A stretch of DNA of 64,000 nt, from the NCBI GenBank assembly GCA_030639305.1, contig DAOWCY010000005.1, positions 1,789 to 65,788 on the forward strand. Reading direction: 5' to 3'. The DNA is from Candidatus Aminicenantes bacterium (GTDB taxonomy: Bacteria; Acidobacteriota; Aminicenantia; UBA2199). The translations under genes were made by a program, and so were the position numbers. Under the pieces are notes generated by a model. The model saw nothing but the letters and a program-made list of their open reading frames with translations, had not been told where the DNA came from and did not search any database. Numbering within the stretch: position 1 is the stretch's first letter; each line of letters starts with the position of its first letter. Positions 47,301 to 57,300 of the stretch are shown here, piece by piece.

Positions 47301-50300
47301 GTTCTCGATCTCTCCTAATTCGATGCGGTAACCCCTGAGCTTGACCTGGTGGTCCGTCCGGCCTAAAAATTCGATTTCCCCGGTGGGCAGCCAACGGGTA
47401 ATATCACCGGTTTTGTATAATTCTTGCCTCCGGCGGGTCAGAACCTTTTTGAAAAAAGGTTCCGACACCTCCAAAAACTTTCGATGAGCGGCTCCGCCGC
47501 GGATAAAACGCTCTGCGGTGAGCTCGGGGTGGTTTAAATAACCGCGGGATACGCCGGCTCCGGCTATGTACAACTCACCGGGTACGCCTACCGGCAGGAG
47601 ACGCAAATCCCCACCCAGTACAAAACATTGCACATTGGCGATGGGCGTTCCCAGGTTTACCTTCTCACCGGGGGAACATTTTCCGCGCAGGGTGTCGATG
47701 GTGGTTTCGGTGGGGCCGTAATGGTTATATAATTCATACCCTTTGGCGATTAAACTGTCTTTGAGGGCGTCATCGAGCCTGTCACCTCCTGATATCACCG
47801 CCCGTAAACTGGAGAATTGCCCCTGCTGTTCATCCGCCAGCAGGGTTCTCAGGGTGGCGGGTACAAAATTGATGATGGTGATGCGGTTCTCTTCGATATA
47901 ACGGGAGAAGTCTTCCCTGTTGGAGATTAATTCCTTGTGGGGCATGTATACCGACGCGCCGCGGTGCAGGGCGCTGAATATCTGCTCTACGCTGGGATCG
48001 AAGGTGAAACCGGTCAACTGGATGATCCGGTCTTCTTCACGGAGATCGTAAGCTTCGGCAAACCAGTGCAGTACATTGACTACATTTTTGTGTTCCACGA
48101 CGACGCCTTTGGGGGCGCCGGTCGATCCGGAGGTGTACATGATATAGGCGGGCAGGGTTGGTTCCACGGGGAACCCCGGGTTGGCGACGGACTGCTTACT
48201 TAATGTTTCGCTTAATGTGTCGGCCATCAAAATTTGCCTGGCAAACCGGTAACTCTTTTGCGATGTCCGGGGCGCAAAGGCAATGCCGTCGATTTTTTCC
48301 AGTTCTTCCCGGCCGGGAAGCCGGCCTGAATTTTCCAGTATCTTTTCTATAATTTCCAGGAAAGTGACTTCCCCTTCGCTTAGCACGGCTAAATCTATAT
48401 TACGGTCCTGCAGTAGGGGCGCCGTGTTGCGGGTGGCATAAGGGCCGCCGGCAATCAATGGCCCGGCGAAACCCCACTGCCGTATCAATGAGATGGTTTT
48501 ATGGAAAAAATCCTTGTAAAAGGTTAAGGTGCGCACACCGATAACATCAGGTTGAAAATCATCCAAGAGGGTTTTTAAGTCTTCATAATTGTCGAAATCG
48601 ATGCGGGATTTGATTATTTTGCCGTTGATTTCACTGCCTAACTGTTCCTGCAAATAGGTCAATATATATATGGGACCCAGGGGTGGTTCCACTACATCAT
48701 ACAACATATCCGTGTCCCAACTGAAAAATTGAGACAAATCGACCAATAACAACTTCAACGCATCTTCCGCGGGTTGATGGGCCGGGAAAGCGCTGCGCAA
48801 TTTTCGATTCAATTCGGGAACGGCAAAATTTTCTTCCTCTAAAAAGCTTTCGATTCCTAAGTCCGCTTCATCTATCCCGGCCAGGTCCAATATATCGGAA
48901 AAACTATCGATTCCCGAGGGCAGGTAACTGTCATACTTCTGCACGATTTCATCTTCGGTCAGCACCCTGGCCTGGTAAGGGAGCACATGACGCAGCCGCT
49001 CTTTGTTAAGAAAATAATCATTGAGGAATTCAGCCTGGTAATTTTTGGTGAAGCTTTCGCTGAATGGGGATGTGGGCGAATATTCATGTAATGCCAGGTC
49101 TTCGCATTTTAAAATATCTTCGCGCAATACGCCGTGCTCCATGGCCAGGTCGGCCATCTCGGTGCCGGGGTATATCTTTAATATAAATACATAAGGGAAA
49201 TGAAGCCATTCCTGCTCTTTAATGAATTCCAGGGTCAACCGGGCTTCCTCTTCGGTTTCCGTGGGAAAACCGTGGATAGTGAACAACTCTAACACTACCT
49301 GGGGGTACTTTTTGCAGAAGTATTCCACGTTCTCACGAAATTTTTCCAGGTGTAAATTTTTGTCGATCATCTTCTGCAGGCGGGGGGATGCGGTTTCTAA
49401 GGCCATGGCCGTGGTCGCCAGCCCTGCTTCCACCAGCAGGTCGATATAGTCCTTATTCAATAGATCGCCGCGCAGCCCGTTGGGGAAAAATAGCTGTATA
49501 TCCAGGTTGCTTTTGATGATTTTTTCGAAGAGTTTTTCGCCGTTCTTCAAGTTGATGTTGAAGATGTCGTCGAAGATGGAAAAACGGCGGAACCCCATGT
49601 CATAATATAGTTGTAATTCTTCGAAGATATTCTCCGCGGTGCGGAAGGTGTGCTTGCGGGGCCATACTTTACTGCAGTAGAAGCAGTTATAGGGGCAGCC
49701 GCGGGCTGTTTGCAGGGAAATGATGTTCTTCACCATTACCTGGCCGATGTAGCGGTTGTATTTTTCATAATCGACTAAAGAACGATCCGGTATGGGCAGG
49801 GAATCCAGGTTGGCCAGGGGTTTCCTGGGGCAGGTGGTATGAATAGGAACACTGCGCTCTTCCAGGCCCTGCAAAGAGGTAAAGGAATGATCCGAAAACA
49901 CTTTGCCGTGGGTCAACAAATGGGAGGCGCTGCTGTCTTCCAGCATGGTGACCGCACGCTGCTTCGGCATCTGCGGGTCCATGGGCAGGTAAGCTCCCCC
50001 GGCTTTCATTATGCCTAACATCCCGGTTACTAAATCCGTGGAACGTTCTTGCATAAGGCCGACGACACTATTCGCGGTAACGCCCCGGTCTTTCAAATAG
50101 TGGGCCAGGCGGTTGGATTCTTCATTCAATTCCCGGTAGGTAAGAGTGCGGCGCCCGGCGTTGATATCCGGGTTTTTTTCCTGCGCATCCGGCTGAGCGG
50201 ATGCCCCGGCGGGGAGGTCCGGCGCGGCGACGGCTGTATTTCCCGGTGTCTTCTCCACCTGTTCCTCGAAGAGCTGGTGAATGGCTTTGTCGATGGGATA

Positions 50301-51116
50301 CTCCCGGTGCGTGTCGTTAAATTCCACCAGCAGTTGTTTTATCTCTGCTTCGGAAAGCATCTCCAGTTGGTTCGTTTTTTGGCTAACGTCGCTCAGGGCA
50401 TTCAGCAGCAGGTGTGAAAAATGAGACATCAACCGGGCCATGGTTTCCTCCCGGTATAGAGTAGGATGGTATTCCAGGACTGTTTCTATCCTGTCATCTA
50501 CCCTAAAAAAAGAAAAAAGGACGGCGGGCCCGGTATGCCGGATATGTTTTTTATCGTGGATGTTTTCTAATAAAAGGGCGGTATCGAACAAGGGGAAGCG
50601 GTCGCCGGAGGCGGGCATATTCAGTTTATACAATAAGGTGCTCATGGGGTAATTCTGGTTCTCCTCCGCTTCGGTAATGGTGCGCCTGACATCGAGCAGC
50701 AGGTCTTTAAAAGTCATATCTTCCCGCAGCCGGTTCCTTAAAGGCAAAACTGTGTTGATAAACTCCCCATCTATCTCCTGTTTGTAGATCGGGGCGCCGG
50801 TTATTATGTCGCTGCGCCCTGTATATTTATGTATGGTCAGCACCAACCCGGCGGTCAAAATCATAAATAACCGGGAGTCGGATTTATTGCTTAACTTCAG
50901 CAGGGAAGAGACAAGTTCACCGGGCAATGTAATGGGCATCGAAGCTGTCTCTTTATCGCCTTTTCCCTTTTCGCCTTCCCCATAGTCCGCGGGGAAACTG
51001 TTTTTTTCCAAATCCAAAGGAAAGCCGGACAATTTCTCCAGCCAGTAATCTCCTTCTTTAGTCAATTGACCGGCTGCGACTTGCAGTTCGCCATCATATT
51101 GTATATTTTTCTTCAT
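44316..51116 (-). CDS. NRPS with the order [N-terminal half-C] - A(interrupted twice) - T - E. A radical-SAM core plus a B12-binding-like domain sits between motifs A2 and A3, and a PRMT-like methyltransferase sits between A8 and A9.
   Basis: A1/A2 (LTYRELNEESNRLAHYL, LKAGGAYLPMDP), then CPYNCFYC, then AYIMYTSGSTGAPKGV (A3) ... VKLRGYRIELGEIE (A8), then the MT (VVEVGTGRDL), then A9/A10 (LPDYMIPAYF...GKIDRRAL), then T (IGGDSI), then E domain (HHLITDGISW). Confidence 0.85.
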   Translation of the reverse strand: MKKNIQYDGELQVAAGQLTKEGDYWLEKLSGFPLDLEKNSFPADYGEGEKGKGDKETASMPITLPGELVSSLLKLSNKSDSRLFMILTAGLVLTIHKYTGRSDIITGAPIYKQEIDGEFINTVLPLRNRLREDMTFKDLLLDVRRTITEAEENQNYPMSTLLYKLNMPASGDRFPLFDTALLLENIHDKKHIRHTGPAVLFSFFRVDDRIETVLEYHPTLYREETMARLMSHFSHLLLNALSDVSQKTNQLEMLSEAEIKQLLVEFNDTHREYPIDKAIHQLFEEQVEKTPGNTAVAAPDLPAGASAQPDAQEKNPDINAGRRTLTYRELNEESNRLAHYLKDRGVTANSVVGLMQERSTDLVTGMLGIMKAGGAYLPMDPQMPKQRAVTMLEDSSASHLLTHGKVFSDHSFTSLQGLEERSVPIHTTCPRKPLANLDSLPIPDRSLVDYEKYNRYIGQVMVKNIISLQTARGCPYNCFYCSKVWPRKHTFRTAENIFEELQLYYDMGFRRFSIFDDIFNINLKNGEKLFEKIIKSNLDIQLFFPNGLRGDLLNKDYIDLLVEAGLATTAMALETASPRLQKMIDKNLHLEKFRENVEYFCKKYPQVVLELFTIHGFPTETEEEARLTLEFIKEQEWLHFPYVFILKIYPGTEMADLAMEHGVLREDILKCEDLALHEYSPTSPFSESFTKNYQAEFLNDYFLNKERLRHVLPYQARVLTEDEIVQKYDSYLPSGIDSFSDILDLAGIDEADLGIESFLEEENFAVPELNRKLRSAFPAHQPAEDALKLLLVDLSQFFSWDTDMLYDVVEPPLGPIYILTYLQEQLGSEINGKIIKSRIDFDNYEDLKTLLDDFQPDVIGVRTLTFYKDFFHKTISLIRQWGFAGPLIAGGPYATRNTAPLLQDRNIDLAVLSEGEVTFLEIIEKILENSGRLPGREELEKIDGIAFAPRTSQKSYRFARQILMADTLSETLSKQSVANPGFPVEPTLPAYIMYTSGSTGAPKGVVVEHKNVVNVLHWFAEAYDLREEDRIIQLTGFTFDPSVEQIFSALHRGASVYMPHKELISNREDFSRYIEENRITIINFVPATLRTLLADEQQGQFSSLRAVISGGDRLDDALKDSLIAKGYELYNHYGPTETTIDTLRGKCSPGEKVNLGTPIANVQCFVLGGDLRLLPVGVPGELYIAGAGVSRGYLNHPELTAERFIRGGAAHRKFLEVSEPFFKKVLTRRRQELYKTGDITRWLPTGEIEFLGRTDHQVKLRGYRIELGEIENRLSQHESIKEAAAVIKEGEDGSKFICAYYVYEADKDPELMPSAGDYLIWDDLLYYAMAHDKLKNNSYKIAIERIVKGKTVVEVGTGRDLILARLAVDAGAEKVYAIEIMEESYLKAKENLKKFGLEDKIVLIHGDSRDVELPEKVEVNLTNQIGSIGSSEGGIVLHNDARRFLKEKSYVIPHHCVTKIAAVTLPGSLRDEPAFSITSREYTEKIFEKFGYEFDVRLCIQHLPKTGIISDAGIFEDINFQDVIENEASHRINLTIKRETKLDGFILWINFYTVPDHLIDTLAQEHIWKPVYFPAFSPPLEVDKGDRIEADCIRTLGSSEPWPDYKVKGHLEKKDGRKIAFEYNMPYHEKTYKGTPLYKGLFTNEPRRSSGDISTAPGDYELRRFLGEKLPDYMIPAYFVPLKELPLTTTGKIDRRALADPAMVGSERKEEYAAPEGEVESKLVEVWESVLGRQEVGVNENFFMIGGDSIKAIQIVSRLHNEGYKIKVSDVFQNPVITDLAHKVEHKEAGRIPEQAPVTGRAPLLPAHEEFFKKITIHPHHYNQAVMLSSPEGFDEEAVGAVFKKIMEHHDALRMSIHREGGGIFLENHDLDYPLDLKTFDFRSIEDKEKAAAELLSKADEIQASIDLEKGPLLKLGLFRLAGGDRLLIVLHHLITDGISWRILFEDIDTLYRQFSKGESFSLPLKTDSYKYWAGQLPEYAASPGFLVEKEYWAGLESMEIPVIPYDFESADNLIKDTLSGYFRLAEEETRLLLTEVNEAFNTEINDILLCALGLAFSKQAGSGRVLVNLEGHGREEILDHVDINRTVGWFTSIYPVILDVSSGSDLSSSIKKVKESLRRAPNRGIGYGILKYLTPGKHKQDIEFKLEPQVSFNYLGQFDADMEKRSFGAAAEPSGRTMSPEGVREFDIDINGMIANRQLVMSINYSKKQFKNETITQILENFEQELKNIISFCSSKEDKELTPSDLTHNELSLEEIDAIEDQLDI
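46046..47129 (-). other. Class I SAM methyltransferase with PRMT-like features, embedded between A8 and A9 of the same A domain.
   Basis: Motif I VVEVGTGRDLILARLAVDAGAEKVYAIE. The post-motif II/III region resembles protein arginine methyltransferases (IVLIHGDSRDVELPEKVEVNLTNQIGS). Confidence 0.5.
48116..48689 (-). other. B12-binding-like (Rossmann) domain following the embedded radical-SAM core, in permuted order relative to canonical class B enzymes.
   Basis: PLGPIYILTYL...FQPDVIGVRTL...PLIAGGPYAT...IDLAVLSEGE parallels the B12-domain motifs of the stand-alone enzyme (LLTLLPFWAPL...PALVGFSVF...VIMGGGVFS...FIGEGE). Confidence 0.45.
48836..49799 (-). other. Radical-SAM core domain embedded inside the NRPS adenylation domain.
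   Basis: The codons for TARGCPYNCFYCS were verified on the DNA at ~49660-49697. They are preceded by DSLPIPDRSLVDYEKY, as in class B radical-SAM enzymes. Confidence 0.65.
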
Positions 51117-51330
51117 TTTAATTTTCTCCTTTTATTCTATTCAATCCGTAAGACATGAGGGGAGAAAGCCCGGTGTCCCCGGATCGCTTATATACCGCTG
51201 CCGGCATATCAACTTTATCATCCTGCACTACAACTTTATCATCCGGGATCACATCTTTGTCATCCCATATCACAATGTTGTCATACCGGATTACCTATTT
51301 GATTTCCAATATCGTAACTATACGACACTA

Positions 51331-53046
51331 TCAAAAATCAAAGTCGCCTTCTTCTTGCAATTGACTGCGGGCCTCCACCAACTTTATAACCCCGCCGGTA
51401 TCATCGATATAACCGGCTCCCTTTTCAAATTCCATAATCGACGGAACTGCATTCTTCTGCAGCTTTTCCCAGCGCCGGTCCGCCCGGTAAAGGTCGTACA
51501 TGGTAAAAGGATTGGGGATCCCCAAAGATTCACAGTGCTCCACGAACCGGTACATGCGCCGGTACACTTCCTCCCTGGAGGGTTCACATTCGGGATACCA
51601 GGTCTGGATAATCAACATCTCCTTCATCCAGGCGGGATAAAGCAGGTAGGTCTTCTCCTCCCAGCCGTTCATGCCGGCCTGGGCCGAAGGGTAATAGTAA
51701 AAGGGACATGCCCAGACTTCATAAATATCATCTTTTAACGTTTCAACCATATCCAGGGTCAATTGGAAATCTTCCTCGGTTTCACCGGGGTGGCCGATAA
51801 TCCAACAGGTTGAGGTCTTAATGCCGGCACGGGCCAGGCTGGATACCGCTTGCTGAATTTGATTGGGGGTGATCTTTTTATTCATCAGTTCCAACACCCT
51901 GGGAGAGGCGCTCTCGAGACCCAATTTCGCTTTGTAAAAACCGCCCCGGCGCCATAACAACGTGTTTTCGATATCACAGACATGTTTATCCGCACGCAGG
52001 TAACCGTCCCAGTACATGATTTTACCGGAGTTAATAAACTCCCGGGACAGATCGTGAACCACGGGATTGAGCAAGGAATCGCACATCAGGAATAACTGTT
52101 GACCGTATTTTTCATATAATCCCGTCATTTCGGAAACGATCTGGGGGGCGCTCTTTTTACGGTACTTACCATAAAAAACGGTCTCGGAACAAAAGCTGCA
52201 TTGAAAGGGACAACTGCGCGAGGTGTAGGCTGCGACAAACGGGTACTGGCCGATGTCGAAATCGGAATAATCGGGCAGGGCGACCGTGGAAAGATCCAGG
52301 GTCTTAGAGCCGATGTCGGCCAGGGTATACACTCTCTGCTCCGCGGGCAGCCGGTCTTCCAGGTAGTCCAGGAACAGCTTCTCGCCTTCCCCGATGAAAA
52401 TTTTATCCACATAGGGGGCTTTCTCCAGGAAAAAATCCAGGTTGGGAGAACCCAAAGCAAGCTGCTCCGAAAAAACACCGCCGCCCATAATGACGTTGAT
52501 ATCCGGGTTTTTCGCTTTGGTTAACCGGGCGGCGAAAAGAGAGGCGGGCAGGGTGCTTTCAAATACGGAAAAGCCTACCAAAGCGGGTTTTTCGCGTTCC
52601 AGCAGGGCGGTGAACCAGCGCTCCAAACGGGTATAAAAATCGGCAAGAACACGGTTTAAACGCCGCACCACCGTGTCATCGATTTCGCAGAAGAAAGTCT
52701 TCTGCACCAGGATGCGAATCGCATGGTTGTACTTTTCGGCGTCTTTTTTTTCGTCATCTTCCAGGTAAGCCATCATGTGGTTTTGCAGCACATCTTTTCC
52801 GACTACATAAAAGTTGCCCCATTTTTCAGCGGGAACGACCTCTTTCAAAAGATCGAAATAAACAGCGCTGAAATCGCGGAATTCCTCCGCCGCGTTCCCG
52901 TCAAAAGTGGCGACGGTGAAGTTCCGCTCCTGTAAAAAGCTCTTCAGGTTGGCGATTCCCACGGGAGGAATCAATGGGGCCCAAAAGGGCAGTAAGGTTA
53001 GGAGAATTTTCTCCCGGCCTTTTCCAGGTTTAGAATGAGAAGTCAT
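51331..53046 (-). CDS. Stand-alone class B (B12-binding) radical SAM enzyme. Probable C-methyltransferase or other B12-rSAM tailoring enzyme.
   Basis: N-terminal B12-binding-like domain followed by the radical-SAM core SRSCPFQCSFCSE. Start placed at ATG 53046 (MTSHS...), which has an AGGAGG RBS and a 17-nt overlap with the upstream gene. C-terminal tail EEGDFDF. Confidence 0.8.
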   Translation of the reverse strand: MTSHSKPGKGREKILLTLLPFWAPLIPPVGIANLKSFLQERNFTVATFDGNAAEEFRDFSAVYFDLLKEVVPAEKWGNFYVVGKDVLQNHMMAYLEDDEKKDAEKYNHAIRILVQKTFFCEIDDTVVRRLNRVLADFYTRLERWFTALLEREKPALVGFSVFESTLPASLFAARLTKAKNPDINVIMGGGVFSEQLALGSPNLDFFLEKAPYVDKIFIGEGEKLFLDYLEDRLPAEQRVYTLADIGSKTLDLSTVALPDYSDFDIGQYPFVAAYTSRSCPFQCSFCSETVFYGKYRKKSAPQIVSEMTGLYEKYGQQLFLMCDSLLNPVVHDLSREFINSGKIMYWDGYLRADKHVCDIENTLLWRRGGFYKAKLGLESASPRVLELMNKKITPNQIQQAVSSLARAGIKTSTCWIIGHPGETEEDFQLTLDMVETLKDDIYEVWACPFYYYPSAQAGMNGWEEKTYLLYPAWMKEMLIIQTWYPECEPSREEVYRRMYRFVEHCESLGIPNPFTMYDLYRADRRWEKLQKNAVPSIMEFEKGAGYIDDTGGVIKLVEARSQLQEEGDFDF

Positions 53047-54235
53047 CGTCCTCCTCTTTAGACATTTTCGACTCCGCTTTAACAAATTTTGTGCGGGGTT
53101 CGACTTTTTTCGGTTTTACTGTATCTAAATATTTTAAATCGAAATTAATATCCTTTGCCAGTTTCTCCAGCAGTCCCGGCGGGGGATCGAGTTCCAGGTC
53201 TTCCAGGGCCTGTTCCCGGGTCATTTCCCCGGCCCTGACAATAGTGGAATATTCATCGTGGTAGTGGGTGTATTTCCTGATCTTCATATCCCGCACCGAG
53301 TTGAGCCAGATCATTTCGCAGTTGGTGGTGCGGGCCGGGAAACCGGAACCTTCTTCCAATGGCTCCCAGTCGAATCTAGCTTTGCATATTTTTTTCAATT
53401 CTTCCTTGTCGGTTTTGTAGAATTTGAATACGAAAAATGGGATGAATAATATTTTTTCAGGATCTACCGGTTTTTCCAGGTCCCTGCGGTCCTGGTAAAT
53501 GACCTGCTGATTCAACACGGCCCATTTTTTAGTGAATTGATCGAGAAAATCGGTATCGCCGCTGTCCAGGATGACATTAATCATCTTACTATACCAGTCC
53601 CGGGCTTTTTTTTCGTCATGCATCATGGCGGTCTGCCCTTTGGAGTAACCGTTGATCACCAGCGGGACATTAAAATTAGCGGCGATTTCCAGGCCGTTGA
53701 GATACAACATATTGCCGCAGGGGAAACAGGGGCTGACGTCGGGTTCGGTGGACTCGTTAAAAATCTTAAAGAGCCGCCTCATGAACTTTAACTCATTCTT
53801 CCAGATCAGCAGATCGACATCCAGTTCCTTGCAGAGTTTTTCCACGTTGCGCGTGGCAATGGGGTCGTCCCAGCCGTGGTCGCTGTGAAAAACCATGGGC
53901 TTTAAACCGAAATCCTCAACGATGCGGATCAGGGTAAAACAACTGTCTACTCCACCGCTCAAGGGGACCAGCAGGTCATATTTACGCCCCAGGTTCTTGT
54001 ACTTCTGTAAAGCGGCTTTAACCTCTTCTTCGCTTTGAAAGCGTTCCGGTTCCCGTTCTTTTTCCCCGGCGTCGAAAGTGTGACAGATATTACATACGCC
54101 GTTTTCATCAAAGGTAATTCCCGGATAGGTCTCCGGTAATACACATCTTGTACATACTTGCATGGTATGCCTCCTTGTTTTTTTAATTTTTACCATTACA
54201 TGGCGGTATCGATGAGCATGTTCGACATAGTTCAC
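53030..54235 (-). CDS. PP-loop ATP pyrophosphatase of the N-acetyl-sugar-amidotransferase-like (WbuX/WbpG-type) family.
   Basis: N-terminal Zn-ribbon CTRCVLPETYPGITFDENGVCNICH and the PP-loop SGGVDS motif. C-terminal tail EEDDDFSF. Confidence 0.7.
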   Translation of the reverse strand: MNYVEHAHRYRHVMVKIKKTRRHTMQVCTRCVLPETYPGITFDENGVCNICHTFDAGEKEREPERFQSEEEVKAALQKYKNLGRKYDLLVPLSGGVDSCFTLIRIVEDFGLKPMVFHSDHGWDDPIATRNVEKLCKELDVDLLIWKNELKFMRRLFKIFNESTEPDVSPCFPCGNMLYLNGLEIAANFNVPLVINGYSKGQTAMMHDEKKARDWYSKMINVILDSGDTDFLDQFTKKWAVLNQQVIYQDRRDLEKPVDPEKILFIPFFVFKFYKTDKEELKKICKARFDWEPLEEGSGFPARTTNCEMIWLNSVRDMKIRKYTHYHDEYSTIVRAGEMTREQALEDLELDPPPGLLEKLAKDINFDLKYLDTVKPKKVEPRTKFVKAESKMSKEEDDDFSF

Positions 54236-54323
54236 GGCACACCGCCAGGTAGTTCTTTTCCCGTGCCTTTTCCCGGGAAAAGCGTGTTCAAACTCCTACC
54301 TCTGATTTATTTTTAATGCCTCC

Positions 54324-57300
54324 TTAAAATCCGAAATCACCTTCTTCTTTCGAAATAACCGGCTGCGCGGTTTCAAAAGAATGGGTAATCACGATATCTT
54401 TTATCTTTATATTTTTATTGTGTAATACCTGGTCGATGATCTCCCGGTAACGTTTGCCTAACTTTTCCACCGTTTCCCTTTTAAAAAGCGCGGTGCTGTA
54501 AAACACCACAAAAAACAGGTCATCCTCGGTCTCGATGCCGTACCAGTCGATGTCCATCTTGGTGACCCGGTTTTCCAGCGGCTCGATAGGATCTCTTGTT
54601 TCGCCCGGTTCCGGGGTCCTCTGACTTTGCCTACCTGTCTGCGACCGGGAAAATATCTCGAACATGACATCGAATAAAGGATTGCGCCCCTGTTCCCGGT
54701 TTACCTGTAGATTGTTCACCAGGATTTCGAAAGGATAATCCTGGTTCTCGTAGGCTTTGAAAGACCTCTCTTTCACTTCCTTCAAAAAATCCGTGAAACC
54801 CTTCCCGCCGCCGGGAAAATTCCTAAAAGCTAAGGTATTGATAAATGCGCCGATGATGCTTTCCAGGTCCACGTGCCTGCGGCCGGCAGCCGGTGTGCCG
54901 ATAACGATATCTTCCTGCCCGCTTATTTTTGCCAGCAAAATATTCAATAGGGCCAGCATCAGGATTTGCATGGTGACGCCCTGCTCCGAAATTAATTCCC
55001 GCAGCGCCCGCACCTGTTCCCTGGGCAGGGCAAAATTTACGGTGCTGCCTGCATAACTTTGACCTTCAGGCCTGGGGAAATCAAGCGGCAGGTCGAGAAG
55101 AGGCAGTTCCCCGGAAAACTCCTCCAGCCAGAATTTCTCCTGGACTGTAAAAGCTCCGCTCCTGATTTGCCGGTTCTGCCATTCGGAAAAATCTTTATAC
55201 TGCAGCCGCAGCGGCGGCAGTTCCTTACCTTCGAGAAGTGACATAAAATCCCATTTCAACACATCATTGGAAAAGGCATCGGTGACGATGTGATGCATAT
55301 CCACTACCAGCACCGCATAACCTTCTCCTTTTACAGCCATTAGGGCGGCCCGCAGCAGCGGGGCCCGGGACAGGTCGAAGAATTTTATAAATCCCTGCAT
55401 GATTTTCTTTGCTTCTTCCCCGGCGGTTTCTTTATACTCGATGTGGAAATCCACTTCATCGTGTATCTTCTGTTTGGGTTCCCCGGCAATTATTTCGATA
55501 GAAGTGCGGAACACTTCATGCCGCCGGATCAATCGCTTAAAAGCGGCGGTCAACCGTTCTTCACTATAGTCGCCCTGCAAAATAAAACTTTCGGGCATGT
55601 TGTAGCCGATGCTGTCCGGGTTCATTTGCTGCAAAACATATAATCTTTTCTGGGCTGACGACAGTTCGTAGTATTCCTTTTTTTCAACCGCATTGACGGC
55701 GGTAAACCGGTCCGCTGCCGCGTCATCTATGAGCCCGGCCAACTTCCTGACGGTTTGCAGTTGAAATATATCCACCAATTGTACTTTGACATCGAATTTT
55801 TTGTGAATCCTGGAGGAAATGACAATCGCCCTGAGAGAATTCCCTCCCAGGTCGAAAAAATTATGGTCTATTCCCACTTGTTCTTGCTCAACTTCTAAGA
55901 CCTGCGACCAAATCCCGACCAGTTCTTTTTCTTTTTCATCCCGGGGAGCGACATACTCCGCCCCGGCGGAAGCTTCGGGATCGGGCAGCGCTCTGCGGTC
56001 GATTTTACCATTGGCGGTCAAGGGCAGCGCCTCCAACCGGACAAAAAACCAGGGCACCATGTAAGCAGGCAGTTTTTGCCCTAAGTAATCCCGCAGTTCG
56101 GCCATTTCCAGTTTTTTTTCGGAAACGAAATAACCGCAGAGATATTTGTCGTCGTTTTTTTCTTTCTTTTCCACCACTACCGCTTCCTTGACATGGGGAT
56201 GCTCTAAAAGCTTGCTCTCGATTTCACCCAATTCGATGCGGTAACCCCTTACTTTGACCTGGTAGTCGATACGGCCTAAAAACTCCATATTGCCGTCCGG
56301 CAGCCAGCGGGCCAGGTCACCGGTTTTGTAAAGAGTGAGGGGTGACCGGTGAGGGGTGAGTGGCGGGGGCCCCGGCTGTTGGGAAATATTGGACCTATAG
56401 GTCTTATTGGACAAATGAGCGATAGAGACGAACTTTTCTGCTGTTAACTCCGGGTTATTCAAATAGCCGCGGGTGACGCTTTTACCCCCGATATAAAGTT
56501 CGCCGGGTACGCCCAAGGGGAGGGGATTGCCTGCTCTATCCAGCACATAAAACTTTACATTGGGCAGGGGGGTGCCGATAGGCACATTCCCGGCAGCGGG
56601 GATATTCTCCACATTATCCTCTTCGTAATAACTGCTGTCGATGGTGGCTTCGGTCACCCCATAGCTATTTATTATTCTCATCCGCTTCCCGAAACGAACT
56701 ACTAATTCCTTAAAATCACGATAAGGGCAAATATCGGAACCCAGGATTAATAATTGCAAACTTTCGATATCCAGGTTGTTTTCATAAACATACTGCATAA
56801 ATGGAATAATATAAGCGGGAGTCGATTCAAACAGGGTGATGCGGTGGTTCTTTATCAATTCGTAAAGAGATTCCGGGGCGACCGCTAATTCCGGGGTAAT
56901 CACCATTTTGCCGCCGTTTAAAAAAGCCCTGGCTAAATCGCCGGCAAACACATCAAAGGAAAAACCGGCCATTTGCAATAGGTTTACTTCTATTTCCTGC
57001 AAACCATATTCCCGGCGCCAGCCAAAAGCCAAATTGATAAAATGGCTGTGCTGTACCATAACGCCTTTCGGTTTGCCGGTGGAACCGGAAGTATAAATAA
57101 CATAAACCGGGCCGGTAGGAACGCTTACATGTTCGGGATTACCGGCTTCACTGCGGTCGAATCGTTCATTTTCTATGGTAATAATCTCGCCGTTAAAATT
57201 CACCTTTTCCTTCAGGTTTTCCCGGGTAACCAGCAGCAGAGCGGCGCTGTCCAGCAGCATATACTCGATACGCTGCGCCGGTAATCCCGGGTCCACCGGT

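Noticed and set aside
51331-53085. The longer TTG start at 53085 for the B12-radical SAM gene.
   Set aside because: It would overlap the upstream gene by 56 nt and uses TTG. The in-frame ATG at 53046 has a perfect AGGAGG RBS.
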